A DNA stretch of 64,000 nt from an uncultured virus (IMG/VR IMGVR_UViG_3300020050_007563) (Duplodnaviria > Heunggongvirae > Uroviricota > Caudoviricetes), in IMG/VR virus record IMGVR_UViG_3300020050_007563. One strand, 5' to 3'. A program made the translations under genes and the position numbers. The notes below the pieces were generated by a model. The model made no database searches. It was not told where the DNA came from and saw only the letters and a list, made by a program, of their open reading frames with translations. Below, piece by piece: positions 45,834 to 56,000 of this stretch (its first letter is position 1; the number at the start of each line of letters is the position of its first letter).

Positions 45834-48800
45834 ATGCCAAACTTCCTCCATACCGGCAGGGCCAATCCTTGGGCCGCGTGGTTCCGACGCATCTTTCGCG
45901 GAGGGGCTAATACGGATATTAGACCAGAACTGCTCCCTGACGGTCTCTACACGGAAGCACTGAACATGCGCCCCTTGTCGGTGGATGGGAATACGGGCGC
46001 TCTGGAGGCTGTGCAGGGGGAACAAGAACTCTATCCCGCTACGGTATCGAATCCAGGCACCTACGTGCTGATCGGATCGTGTTACACCAATGGCCATGAG
46101 GCCGAGTGGTGGGCCAGTACGGACTTCAATGTCCCGAATGTAGGAGATAATCCTCCGTTCGTTCGTATCGACGGAGATGTGGCGGCAATGAGCCCCAGCA
46201 TCCCTTACGTGTTCGACCGACCTCTCCAGATTGCTGTTGTGGATCGGTGCAGAAGTGGGGTCGTGTACCCGGCGGACCACCTGAGCGACCCTCTCTTCTG
46301 GGACATCGGAGCCATGCTCGACGCTCTCGCCTCGGGCTCTCAGGCTTACTTCTCCGAGTACAGTACGACCATCAATAGTGTCGGCCTGAACGCCCCTCCA
46401 TCGTGGTTGAGGCTCGACCCTATTGAGCCACTTGTGGACTTGATCGGAGCAGTGGGGCTTCCTGTGGGCCAATACACATACGCGCTCCGCTACGTGGATG
46501 TGAACGGGAACAGGACCAACTGGAGCCCTCCCACCCCTCTTATTCCGGTTCCGGCCAAATACACGGCTGATGACACGGCGCCTGGCTCCAACTACCCCGG
46601 GGGCAGAACTTTTGGCGGATCCCCCAACCTGCTGGCCCCAACCCCATACGGGATCAATCTGCGCTTCCGAGTCGATAACGAGCTTGGTTATGCAAGCATC
46701 GAGATCAAGCGCACCTCCTATCGGGATGGACAGGGGCTCTTGGGTCCCGGCACTCAGGAGATCATCTACCGCATTCCGATCCAGCCGAATCTGGTGGATA
46801 CGCTGACGTTCGTGGACCCGGCGAACTCCAATCTGGAGCCGCCCGAGGTGGTGCCAGATGATGAGTCTGTTCTCCAATTCGTGCAAGTGAAGGCCCCCAA
46901 GAGTGTGGACTACTCGGATGGGCGCCTCAAATACTTCAACTTCCGGCTGGAGCCCCGCAAGCTGGAGATGGGATTCATTGAACTCTCCACAGGAAAGAAC
47001 GCCACAAGCATCACGCGCAAGATGACACGCCGAGTGGGCGGCACGGAGATCCCGGATGGCTTCTCTAACCCCTACAACGCTACCTATTACAAGAGCGCCC
47101 AGAGGGGCGAGCAATATGGGTATGGGGTCCAGGCATGGGATGGGGGCTTCGGGAAGTACCCCGTGCAGCCCATCGCGGGGTTACAGAGTTATCAGCATCC
47201 GAGCCAGCGCGACATCAAGGGCGAGAACGGAGCGTGGGCTGGGGCTACGGATCCTGACGGATGGGGCGAAGAGAGCGACACATACTCAGATGACCGCTGC
47301 TGGAACACGACCACTGACGTATCGAACCTGACCCCGGAGGGTCCGGTCGGTCGCACCTTCTCCTCCTTCACACAAGGTCAGGGTACTAAGACCGACACGG
47401 AGAGTGTCGTGAACGTGGCGCTCGCCAACGGAAGCTCCCTCCCAGGAACCGGCGTTGGCCGCATTGGCGAGCAGTTCAACTTGTACGGAGTCACGACGCC
47501 TTCCGGAGTCACGAACGTTCCGGGCGTCCTTGGGGCATTCTACCGACCCAACCAGAATGGATATCTCCCATGGACCCCGCAGGACAATCAAGGGGGCAGT
47601 GGCGGCTACAACATTCCTCCGGTCTCCTCCCGGATGACCACCTCCGCAGGTAGTGGAGGGGATGATCCGTACAACAACGGCAATTTCTACACCAATGGAT
47701 TCGCCGATCAGGTCAATCCCTTCAATCCACAGGACAATCGCGGAAAGGTCTTCGCGCCTACCTATCACTCCCTCGGGCTCCTCTTGGGTGGCATCACGAA
47801 CATCCCGTCTTCAGCAACAGCCATCACCATCACCCGTACTGCGCCAGCAGGCCGCGTTATCGCCCAGGGGTTCGGCAGCTATGTCCTAAGCGCCTCCATA
47901 GACCCTAGCCTTGGCGGAACGACCATCCCGCTAGTACCGGCCAATAAGAGTACGACCGCCTTGGATGTGTACTTCCCGGAGTTCGCAGCCGGGATCACTG
48001 ATCAAGCTACGCTGATCGACATCCAGACCAATCCGCAGAACTACCGCCTTCAAATGCAATGCGGAGTCGGGTTCTACGACGAAACCTATGCCTACTCCGG
48101 AGAGGAGTTCTCCAATAACCTTCTTCCGCGCCCTTGGGTCGGAGACTGCGTAGCCGCTCATCTGATCGACACCATTAAGTATGGTCGTATCACGGAGGAT
48201 CATGGCCAAGTGAATCAGGGCGAGTTCGGCATCGGAGGGATGGGGTATCAACCAACATCAGGAGCCCCTCCGGGCAATTACGTGGGTTTCGACAAGTGGA
48301 GAAGCAACCTCACTATGCAAGGAGGTAGTGCCGCTGGGTATGATTACTCATTCTGGCAGCAGCAGCAGACTGGCAATGCGATGTTCGACATCACCTCCTT
48401 CGTGCCTGTCACGAGCGGTCGATCGAACTTCTACCGCCTCACGAGCAATCAATTCATCTACTCCCCCGAGACCAATGATGTCTTCGAGGGAGGTACTCGA
48501 TACACCTCCTTCTACGATACGGTGGTCCGAAACTTCCACCAGCCGTGGTTCATCGTGAATCTTATCCGGGTGAATGCCGAGGTGCCAGACGCCAACATCG
48601 CTCCGTATGTCAATACTGGAGCGACCTTCGCCACACGAACCACCATTGGGATCTACAATGCCCCACTGACCTCCCCGGAGCAGAACTTCCGACTGGAGGA
48701 TGAGTACGAATACTACAACAGCGTCGGGTATCTCGGCACGGATTACAGATATGCCTACGTGAGGCTCTCAGGCATTGAGCGCCGATACCTCTGCGTGACC

Positions 48801-50642
48801 AATAACACTCTCATCAACGTTGCAGCCATCCTGGCCGACATCACCTCTCAGGGCTATTGGGTGGCTCCGGATGGCGATCGCGTGTACGGCCTTTATGATG
48901 CCATCACTGATGCCGACAATATCGACTACCTCCGCTTCGGCGTGTATGGGACTATTCCTGAGTCCGGAAGTCGCGTTATAATCAAGTACCCAGAGGGGAC
49001 GCCGATCCGAGTATGGGGCCATGATCGGACCATTGCTCCGGTAGTTCATTGCGTGCAGGACGCATCCATTGTTCGCGACGATGTTGTGAATGGGGTTGCT
49101 CCCGATGGTATTCAGTTGGGCGGCCTGCCGCTCCCTTATGCGGGCTTCGGAATGAACCCCCGATACTTCATGCCGGAGAAGGAGTCGCAGACCGAGGAGC
49201 AGATCTTCATCAACTATTGCAGCTCGATCCGGCAGATGTGCATCATGTGGGATGCTGAGACGCTCGTATATCCGGATCTGTACGTGAACCTCAACAGCAC
49301 GGATACGCAACTCAATAGCGCCTCGCAGACCTTCCCGCACGTCCACTACGTGTGTCGTCCAATGAACTTCGACGGCGGCCCACAAGATCAGCCTCCTACC
49401 GGGTTCTTCCCGCAGTATCAGACGGACTATCCACTGGAGTGGAACATCTTCACATACGGCGGTACTCGATTCCAACCGGGCCTGAATCTGGACTACTGCA
49501 AGCAACAGCCCGTGGAGTTTTTCGGGTACCCGCAGGCGGGATTCGTGGACAATACGGACTACTGCACCGGCTACATTGCCAGCGAGGAGTTTGACCCACT
49601 TCTGCAAGACAGTCCGGGACTCAGAACCTTCCTTTCCCAGAACCTCCGAGTGCTATCCGAGGAGACCGGAGAGATCAAAGTCGGAGCCACCTATCTAGGG
49701 CCTGCTGGCCAGAACACCGTGGTGTGGACCCAGAAGGGTGTTTGTCGGATCTTGACGAACAAGAACGTCTTGACCGGGGCTTCGGGGGAGCAGGTATCCA
49801 CCCAAAGCATCTCGAACTACTGGGGTGAGGTCATGTTCCTGTCACGGGACATCGGATGTCCGGACCAGTTCTGGCGCCTCTGGGTCAAGGCGTATGCAAC
49901 CGCTGGCGACTCTTACGTGGACACCTTCTACTGGCCCAACCGGAAGGGCTGGTATCGTATGCGCGGCGATCAGATCGACGACATCAGCCGCAACAAGGTG
50001 CTGAAGAGGGTCCGCCCGATCCTGGAGGACCTCCCTGCTGGATATGCGCCACAGATGAGCGCCTTCTTCAACGTGAAGTATCAGGAGATGTGGGCCAGCA
50101 TCAGCCCCTATACATCTGGAGGCGTCAGTCACGATCCTGTCCTGCTCGTCTACTCACCTCAAAGCAATGAGTGGCTTGGAGAGTACAGTTATCGGTTCGA
50201 TGGGTACGTCAATACCCCCGATGCTGTCCTGGGGATGCGAGATGCGTCTTCATGGGAACTTGATACAGGTTACACGATCAGCGGCAGTATGCGAGAGGCG
50301 TGGGTCTACCTCCCGATCATCGGGGACCTCGGAAAGTGGAAGGAAATGGTGCGCTTCCGTATCGTGGGGGATAAGCCCGACGGGATGCAGCTCTTCAACA
50401 AGGATGGTGTGATGATCTCCGATCAGTCCGAGGCCATTCAAGAGGCGTTCGACCCTGGAACCGGATTCCTTTGGGTGAAGCTCTACGATAGCTACGAAGG
50501 GTGGTGGTGGGCTGTGATGGAATCGTATGATCCACTGCGTCCATTACCGCAGGATGTGCGTTTCTTTGTGAAGGTGCTCTACAATACCACTGGCGACAAG
50601 ATGCTTGTGGCGCTCGAAAACGAATTGAAAAACATACGCTGA
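45834..50642 (+). CDS. large tail nozzle/stabilization protein (crAss muzzle / P22 gp10-like)
   Basis: F.GG.NTD...L...Y..ALNMR N-terminus; YTYALRY...GN.T.WS; RGEQYGYGV; 1602 aa. Confidence 0.75.
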   Translation: MPNFLHTGRANPWAAWFRRIFRGGANTDIRPELLPDGLYTEALNMRPLSVDGNTGALEAVQGEQELYPATVSNPGTYVLIGSCYTNGHEAEWWASTDFNVPNVGDNPPFVRIDGDVAAMSPSIPYVFDRPLQIAVVDRCRSGVVYPADHLSDPLFWDIGAMLDALASGSQAYFSEYSTTINSVGLNAPPSWLRLDPIEPLVDLIGAVGLPVGQYTYALRYVDVNGNRTNWSPPTPLIPVPAKYTADDTAPGSNYPGGRTFGGSPNLLAPTPYGINLRFRVDNELGYASIEIKRTSYRDGQGLLGPGTQEIIYRIPIQPNLVDTLTFVDPANSNLEPPEVVPDDESVLQFVQVKAPKSVDYSDGRLKYFNFRLEPRKLEMGFIELSTGKNATSITRKMTRRVGGTEIPDGFSNPYNATYYKSAQRGEQYGYGVQAWDGGFGKYPVQPIAGLQSYQHPSQRDIKGENGAWAGATDPDGWGEESDTYSDDRCWNTTTDVSNLTPEGPVGRTFSSFTQGQGTKTDTESVVNVALANGSSLPGTGVGRIGEQFNLYGVTTPSGVTNVPGVLGAFYRPNQNGYLPWTPQDNQGGSGGYNIPPVSSRMTTSAGSGGDDPYNNGNFYTNGFADQVNPFNPQDNRGKVFAPTYHSLGLLLGGITNIPSSATAITITRTAPAGRVIAQGFGSYVLSASIDPSLGGTTIPLVPANKSTTALDVYFPEFAAGITDQATLIDIQTNPQNYRLQMQCGVGFYDETYAYSGEEFSNNLLPRPWVGDCVAAHLIDTIKYGRITEDHGQVNQGEFGIGGMGYQPTSGAPPGNYVGFDKWRSNLTMQGGSAAGYDYSFWQQQQTGNAMFDITSFVPVTSGRSNFYRLTSNQFIYSPETNDVFEGGTRYTSFYDTVVRNFHQPWFIVNLIRVNAEVPDANIAPYVNTGATFATRTTIGIYNAPLTSPEQNFRLEDEYEYYNSVGYLGTDYRYAYVRLSGIERRYLCVTNNTLINVAAILADITSQGYWVAPDGDRVYGLYDAITDADNIDYLRFGVYGTIPESGSRVIIKYPEGTPIRVWGHDRTIAPVVHCVQDASIVRDDVVNGVAPDGIQLGGLPLPYAGFGMNPRYFMPEKESQTEEQIFINYCSSIRQMCIMWDAETLVYPDLYVNLNSTDTQLNSASQTFPHVHYVCRPMNFDGGPQDQPPTGFFPQYQTDYPLEWNIFTYGGTRFQPGLNLDYCKQQPVEFFGYPQAGFVDNTDYCTGYIASEEFDPLLQDSPGLRTFLSQNLRVLSEETGEIKVGATYLGPAGQNTVVWTQKGVCRILTNKNVLTGASGEQVSTQSISNYWGEVMFLSRDIGCPDQFWRLWVKAYATAGDSYVDTFYWPNRKGWYRMRGDQIDDISRNKVLKRVRPILEDLPAGYAPQMSAFFNVKYQEMWASISPYTSGGVSHDPVLLVYSPQSNEWLGEYSYRFDGYVNTPDAVLGMRDASSWELDTGYTISGSMREAWVYLPIIGDLGKWKEMVRFRIVGDKPDGMQLFNKDGVMISDQSEAIQEAFDPGTGFLWVKLYDSYEGWWWAVMESYDPLRPLPQDVRFFVKVLYNTTGDKMLVALENELKNIR

Positions 50643-51403
50643 TGGCTCTTGCAGATGTACTTGGTGCGGCCCTCCCGGCCCTAGGAGGTGTGGTTGGCGG
50701 AGCCCCAGGAGCCGCTGTTGGGGCATTCGCGGGCGGTCTCTTCCAACAAGGAGAGGCCAATCGTAAGATGAAGGAATGGAACCGGCTCGACCGGAGCATT
50801 CCCGAGAACGACCCGATGCAGCAAGCCCTCCTTGGGAAGATCCAGCGACAAGAGAATCAGTATCGAGCCGCCACGGACCCGGCGAGCAGTCTTGCGAATC
50901 GACTCGCTCAACAAGCAGGAGCGCAGACGCAGGCCAATCTCTCGCGGGCGGGTGGTCCTGGGATCGTCCAGAACCTCCTCTCTAGTCAGAACGCCACCCA
51001 ACGCAATCTCGCTCAGGTCGGAGCCAATGCAGCGCTTCGGGCGGACCAGATGCTCGGGATGGAGGGGCAACTCACGGGCCTCATGGCGGAGCGTCGCTAT
51101 GATCGCCAGCGCTATCGTCGTGACCTTGCTTTGATGCAGGGACAGCAACGCCAGCAGGATGCGAACAACCAGATGATGAGCGCCATCCCGCTGTTGCCGC
51201 AGGTACAGATCGGACAACGATACCAGCGACCGGCGGGGATCCCGTCAGCACAGCCCGGAGGAGCTTATGGACCCGCTTGGCGCAATCAAGGAACTGGGCT
51301 TCCGGTCCCGCCATCTCCGAACTACGCTCCTCAATACGCCATGATCCCAGAGCCCATGAGCGCCACCAGTACCTATGAGCCCGGCACACCAGTGAACCTA
51401 TGA
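50642..51403 (+). CDS. putative ejection (internal virion) protein
   Basis: Gly/Ala-rich hydrophobic N-terminus; Q-rich helical body. Confidence 0.65.
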   Translation: MALADVLGAALPALGGVVGGAPGAAVGAFAGGLFQQGEANRKMKEWNRLDRSIPENDPMQQALLGKIQRQENQYRAATDPASSLANRLAQQAGAQTQANLSRAGGPGIVQNLLSSQNATQRNLAQVGANAALRADQMLGMEGQLTGLMAERRYDRQRYRRDLALMQGQQRQQDANNQMMSAIPLLPQVQIGQRYQRPAGIPSAQPGGAYGPAWRNQGTGLPVPPSPNYAPQYAMIPEPMSATSTYEPGTPVNL

Positions 51404-53061
51404 TCGGAGGACCATTCACACAACAAGCCGCAGGGGGTGACCTTGGTGAGTTGAGCGCCGAGGGGGTCGTTGCTGGGCAACAAGCAGCCTCTACGCCTAT
51501 TCCGCTAGACCCTTCCTATCAGGCGCCGCCGGACACCTCGCGACCGCAGTATGCAGGAGGTGGTATTCGTGTGGTTCCGAGGGAGCTCAATCCGAACCGC
51601 GCCTATTCGGCACAGGAGTTCTATCCAGGACAGGAGCGCCCGAACGAATCGAGGGCTTCTGGAGGGGACCCGATCTTCGCCGCAAGTTCCGGACGCATTC
51701 CATGGGGCATCCTTGCCGACAGTGCCAATCAGGTCAAGCGGCAGCGTGCCGACTTGATGAAGATGGTGCAGGGGAATGCCAATCAGTTCAAAGGAGTGGC
51801 GGCCCCTCCTTACGACATCGCCTACCAGAACTACGTCACTGACGAGTACAACAAATTCAAGCAGGCTCGCGCTGACGCGCTGCACGGCGGAGATCTGGAT
51901 GCCGCCACTCGTGAACTCTACACGAACCCGCAGGCAAACGAGGAGTTCCAAGCATTCAATAGGAATCTGCTCGCCTACGGCAATGCGAACAAGTATCAGT
52001 TCGACCAAGTAGCCGACCTTCTGGAAAAGCAGCGCACCGGGGAGGAGTTTGTTTCTCCGGACACACTGGAGTATGCCCAGCGATTCATGGGAGGGAAGAT
52101 GCCTTTCGATGACAAGGCCACACTTGGTGAGCGGGCCTACGATACCCAAGTCCTCGACCGCAAGATCAGCCGGGACAAGCTCTGGAATACGGTCTACCTG
52201 CCGCGCCTGAAGCAAGAGATGGACACCCTTCAAGCCGAAGGCAAGGTCATCACCAAGGGCGGACGGCGTTTCCTTAGCGAGACGGAGACCCGCTCCCTTG
52301 ATCGCATGAAGGAGCAGGTCGTCAAGGACATGGTTCACAAATACGGCCTCGATAGCGAGGATGAGGTCCGCCGTTTCGTTGATGCCAATACCCCTCGCTA
52401 CGAAGTCACAGATCTGTCTCAACTTTCTCTGGGAAGTTCCGGTGGTTCCACTCCAACAGAGAAGACATGGGCGGGCGGCGTGCAGTCCATTCCTAATAAG
52501 ATCGCTCAGAACGACCCAACCACTGGTGTGAGGCGGGTCATTTCCGGACTGGAGCGTATGCCGGTAGGGGCTGTGGTGGCGGGACGCCAAGTACCATTCA
52601 AGGACCCTGTGCAAGTATCGGATGGACGAGATACTCAGACCATGGTGGTCAGCTACATAGACCGGAACAAAGATGGCGAGTTCGTCATCACTGGTTACGA
52701 CCCGAACAATGTGTCAACGAGCGACAACTCGGATGAGATCAATGCAAGGATCGGAGACCTTAATGCTGTGATACGGTCTAATAATACGCCTGCCGCCGAT
52801 ATCTCGAAGTACATAGCCAAGCGGGACTCCCTGACAGAACAACTGCGGACTTCGCAAAAGAGCAAACGCATGTTCTCAGTTCCGCTGCGAGACAACGAGC
52901 AGTTGATGAACGGCCTGCTCGGCGGAAATCTCCAGCGAGAACTGAATAAGTTCGGAGACACGGCGAAGACCACACCGGAAGACTTCAGTGCCAAGTGGGC
53001 CAAACTACCCAAGGGTGGTAAACTTGTAGGCCCTGATGGTATTGAATACGAGAAGAAATGA
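51400..53061 (+). CDS. putative ejection protein
   Basis: Position in the module; C-terminal LPKGGKLVGPDG motif. Confidence 0.6.
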   Translation: MIGGPFTQQAAGGDLGELSAEGVVAGQQAASTPIPLDPSYQAPPDTSRPQYAGGGIRVVPRELNPNRAYSAQEFYPGQERPNESRASGGDPIFAASSGRIPWGILADSANQVKRQRADLMKMVQGNANQFKGVAAPPYDIAYQNYVTDEYNKFKQARADALHGGDLDAATRELYTNPQANEEFQAFNRNLLAYGNANKYQFDQVADLLEKQRTGEEFVSPDTLEYAQRFMGGKMPFDDKATLGERAYDTQVLDRKISRDKLWNTVYLPRLKQEMDTLQAEGKVITKGGRRFLSETETRSLDRMKEQVVKDMVHKYGLDSEDEVRRFVDANTPRYEVTDLSQLSLGSSGGSTPTEKTWAGGVQSIPNKIAQNDPTTGVRRVISGLERMPVGAVVAGRQVPFKDPVQVSDGRDTQTMVVSYIDRNKDGEFVITGYDPNNVSTSDNSDEINARIGDLNAVIRSNNTPAADISKYIAKRDSLTEQLRTSQKSKRMFSVPLRDNEQLMNGLLGGNLQRELNKFGDTAKTTPEDFSAKWAKLPKGGKLVGPDGIEYEKK

Positions 53062-56000
53062 GCGACTGGACACCACCAAAGGACGCCCAGCCTATTGGAT
53101 GGACGCCACCAAAGGACGCCGCTGCCGTCCCAAAGCCACAAGCCCAGACACCCCCGAACACTCCGCAAGGAGCGGTGGCTGGGCCTACCACATTGGCTAC
53201 GCCTGTGGTCGCATCACAAGGATTGTCCGAGGCGCCGCCTCCTCCATCCGCCGGGGCTTTCACGCCGGGTGCGCTCCAGACGAGCCTTGAGACCCAGATA
53301 GGGTCGAGTGCCCGCCCAAGGGGGCTCCTAACCTCCGAGCAGCGCCGACAGTACGCGGCGGAGATGAAGAAACTCCAGGCGTCCTTGCAGCAGCGATACA
53401 CGACCGGATATGGGGAGTATGCAGAAACACGCTTCCGTCAAGACCCAGCCGTTGCGCAGAAAATGAGGACGCTCGAAGGGGCTCTCGTGCAAGATGCTGC
53501 GTTGGATCCCGAGGGAAGCCGTCGCGATGTGGAGATGCTCGAAGCGGAAGAGCGCGGCAAGAAAGAGATGAAGAACGCCTCTCTGATGGAAATGAGTCCA
53601 GAGGGGCGCGGTCGTCTGCGCGAGATCGCCGACAAGATGGATGCGCTCGATCCTCGTCGCGAGGAGACCTTCCTAATGAACCGAGACTACAAGCCACAAG
53701 GTCTCACAGAGCAAGACCCACGGATGGCGAAGCTCTATCAGGACTTTGAGCTTGCAGCGCATCCAGATCTGAACGACAAGAAGACCCGTTTCGACTCCAG
53801 AGAGATCACCGAGCGCCGTCTTGCTGGAGCCCTCGACCCGAAGGACGACATCGAACACCAGATGGATGTGCTCCAGTTCGCGGGAAGGCGCCTGATGGGC
53901 CGCTACCTGCGGGCAAAGGATCTCATCGAACAGGGATCCGATGACCCCCAACTCCAAGTAGAGGTACAAGACATCGAGGAGGGCATGAAGTTCGTCCGCG
54001 ACCGGGTTCGTCAGGAAGCTGAACGAGACCCTCGATCCTTCCAAGGCAAACTGAACGAACTCTCTCAGCGCATCTCTGAACAGGAGAACGAGATGAGTCG
54101 TGGCGATGTGAATGCGTGGCAAGAGAAGGCGCTACGCTCGGGTACGTTCGGCTTCACCGACATGACCCGCAGCACCATCGCCGGGCTTGGGCGGCTCGTG
54201 GATCCCTCCGAGGGCTACTCCTTCAGCGACAAGCTCTCGGACTGGGCCGAGGAGATGTCGGGCGTCCAGGATGCTGCTCGCTCCAAAGAGGAGAAAGAGA
54301 GCCTCATGGGTAAGCTCGCTTATGGAGCCGGAGGAATGGCGGCCCTCATTGCCCCGACCATCGCCACCGGAGGTAGTGCTGGCGCCACTCGCGCTGCCAC
54401 AGTGGCGACATCCCTTGGCGCCGAGTACGAAGGCTATACTCGTCAGGCCATGGAAGGCGGAGCCACTGAGCAACAAGCCGAGCGCGGGGCGCTTGTGTAT
54501 GCTCCGATCGCTGCTGCTATCGAACTCCTGAACCCCCAAGCGTATCTCGCGAACGGAGAAATGCGAGCACTCCGTCAGTCTGTCATTGAGGGCATTAAGG
54601 GAGGGGCTACCCCGAAGGGCGCCCTGAAGATGGCCCTCGAATCGGCTGAAGCGGGCACGAAGGAAGCTATCGAAGAACTCTCCCAGACGCTCACAGAGCG
54701 GGCCACGAACGCCGGGGTGAACAAGCTCTCGGGGACTGACCTGAATGATGATGCTCCGACTGCCGCAGAGGCCGCAGAGACAGTTCTGGTAAGTGGCATT
54801 CTCGGGTCAGTATTCCACACTACATCCTTTATTGAGCCAACGCGGGCCGACCGAACGAAGTTCCAGGCGGAGTCCATGCAGTGGGCTGCTAAGAATCCAG
54901 AGAAGGCATTCGGCCTCATCAAAGGACAGATCCCGGAGGCCCAGCACAAGGTCGCTCAAGAGAGACTCGCGAACCTTGCGCGCACCTACAAGGGCAACGA
55001 GCTACTGGATATGGATCCAGTCAAGGCGGCGGAAGTTGCGGACATCGTGGAGCGAAAGAACGCCGTAGAGGAGGAGATCAAGTCGGCCCCCATGGATCCC
55101 GTGCTGGAGGCCGCGAATGGCGACCCCCGCAAGCGTGAAGCCGCCACCCTCACCACCGACATGATCGAGGCGCTTGGTATCCCGGCCAACAAGGCCAAAG
55201 CAGCCCTTGCATCCTCCGGCCTAGAACAGATGCCCGAAGGCACCAAGGCCATCACGAATCCCGATGGCTCAGTGACCTTGGAGAAGAAGCCAGAAGCCGG
55301 AGAGAAAAAGAAAACCAAGGCCGTCGAGTCAGTCATGACCGAAACGGCCACCGAAGAAACACCAGCGCCAAATGAAGAACCAAGTTCAAAAGGGACGATT
55401 CGAGCCGATATTCGACAAATGCAACCCGCACAGGATATCGGGGGCGCTATTCGTTCCGGGGAAGGGGGAGGTGCTGGTGCGCCTAGTGAGGCGCAACCCG
55501 CCATTCAAGGACAAGTACAGCAACAACAAGCCATAGATGAAGGAGCAACAGCAATTACAGAAACCCCAGCAGAAGCGACCACGGATCCAGGTGCAGCGCC
55601 CAGTCTTCCGCTGGACACTCCTGCCCCCGCAGGGCCAGCAATCGAGGCGGAGCCTGTTGTAAAAAGTGATGCGGATTTACAACCAAAACAGGCAGCCGAT
55701 GGTGAGGTTATTCCGCAAGGCCATCCTGATGTACCGCAGGACGTACAACAGGATGCGCCAGTAGATCCGCAGCAGGTCAAGAAGACCGTCGCGACCAAGC
55801 GAGCCTACGAGGGAGAGTTCCGCGAAGGGGTCAAGCGTGAACTAGAGGCTCGCGGGCTGTATAGAAGTGTGGAGAGTTTCGAGGAGGCAGCCCAGAACGC
55901 CGCATCCCTGATCGAGTCAATAGGACTTGAGGCTGCTCTTGAGGCCGTTCGCAATAACGACGTGAAGGGAGGCGCTGCCGCATACATCTACCGCAGTGCT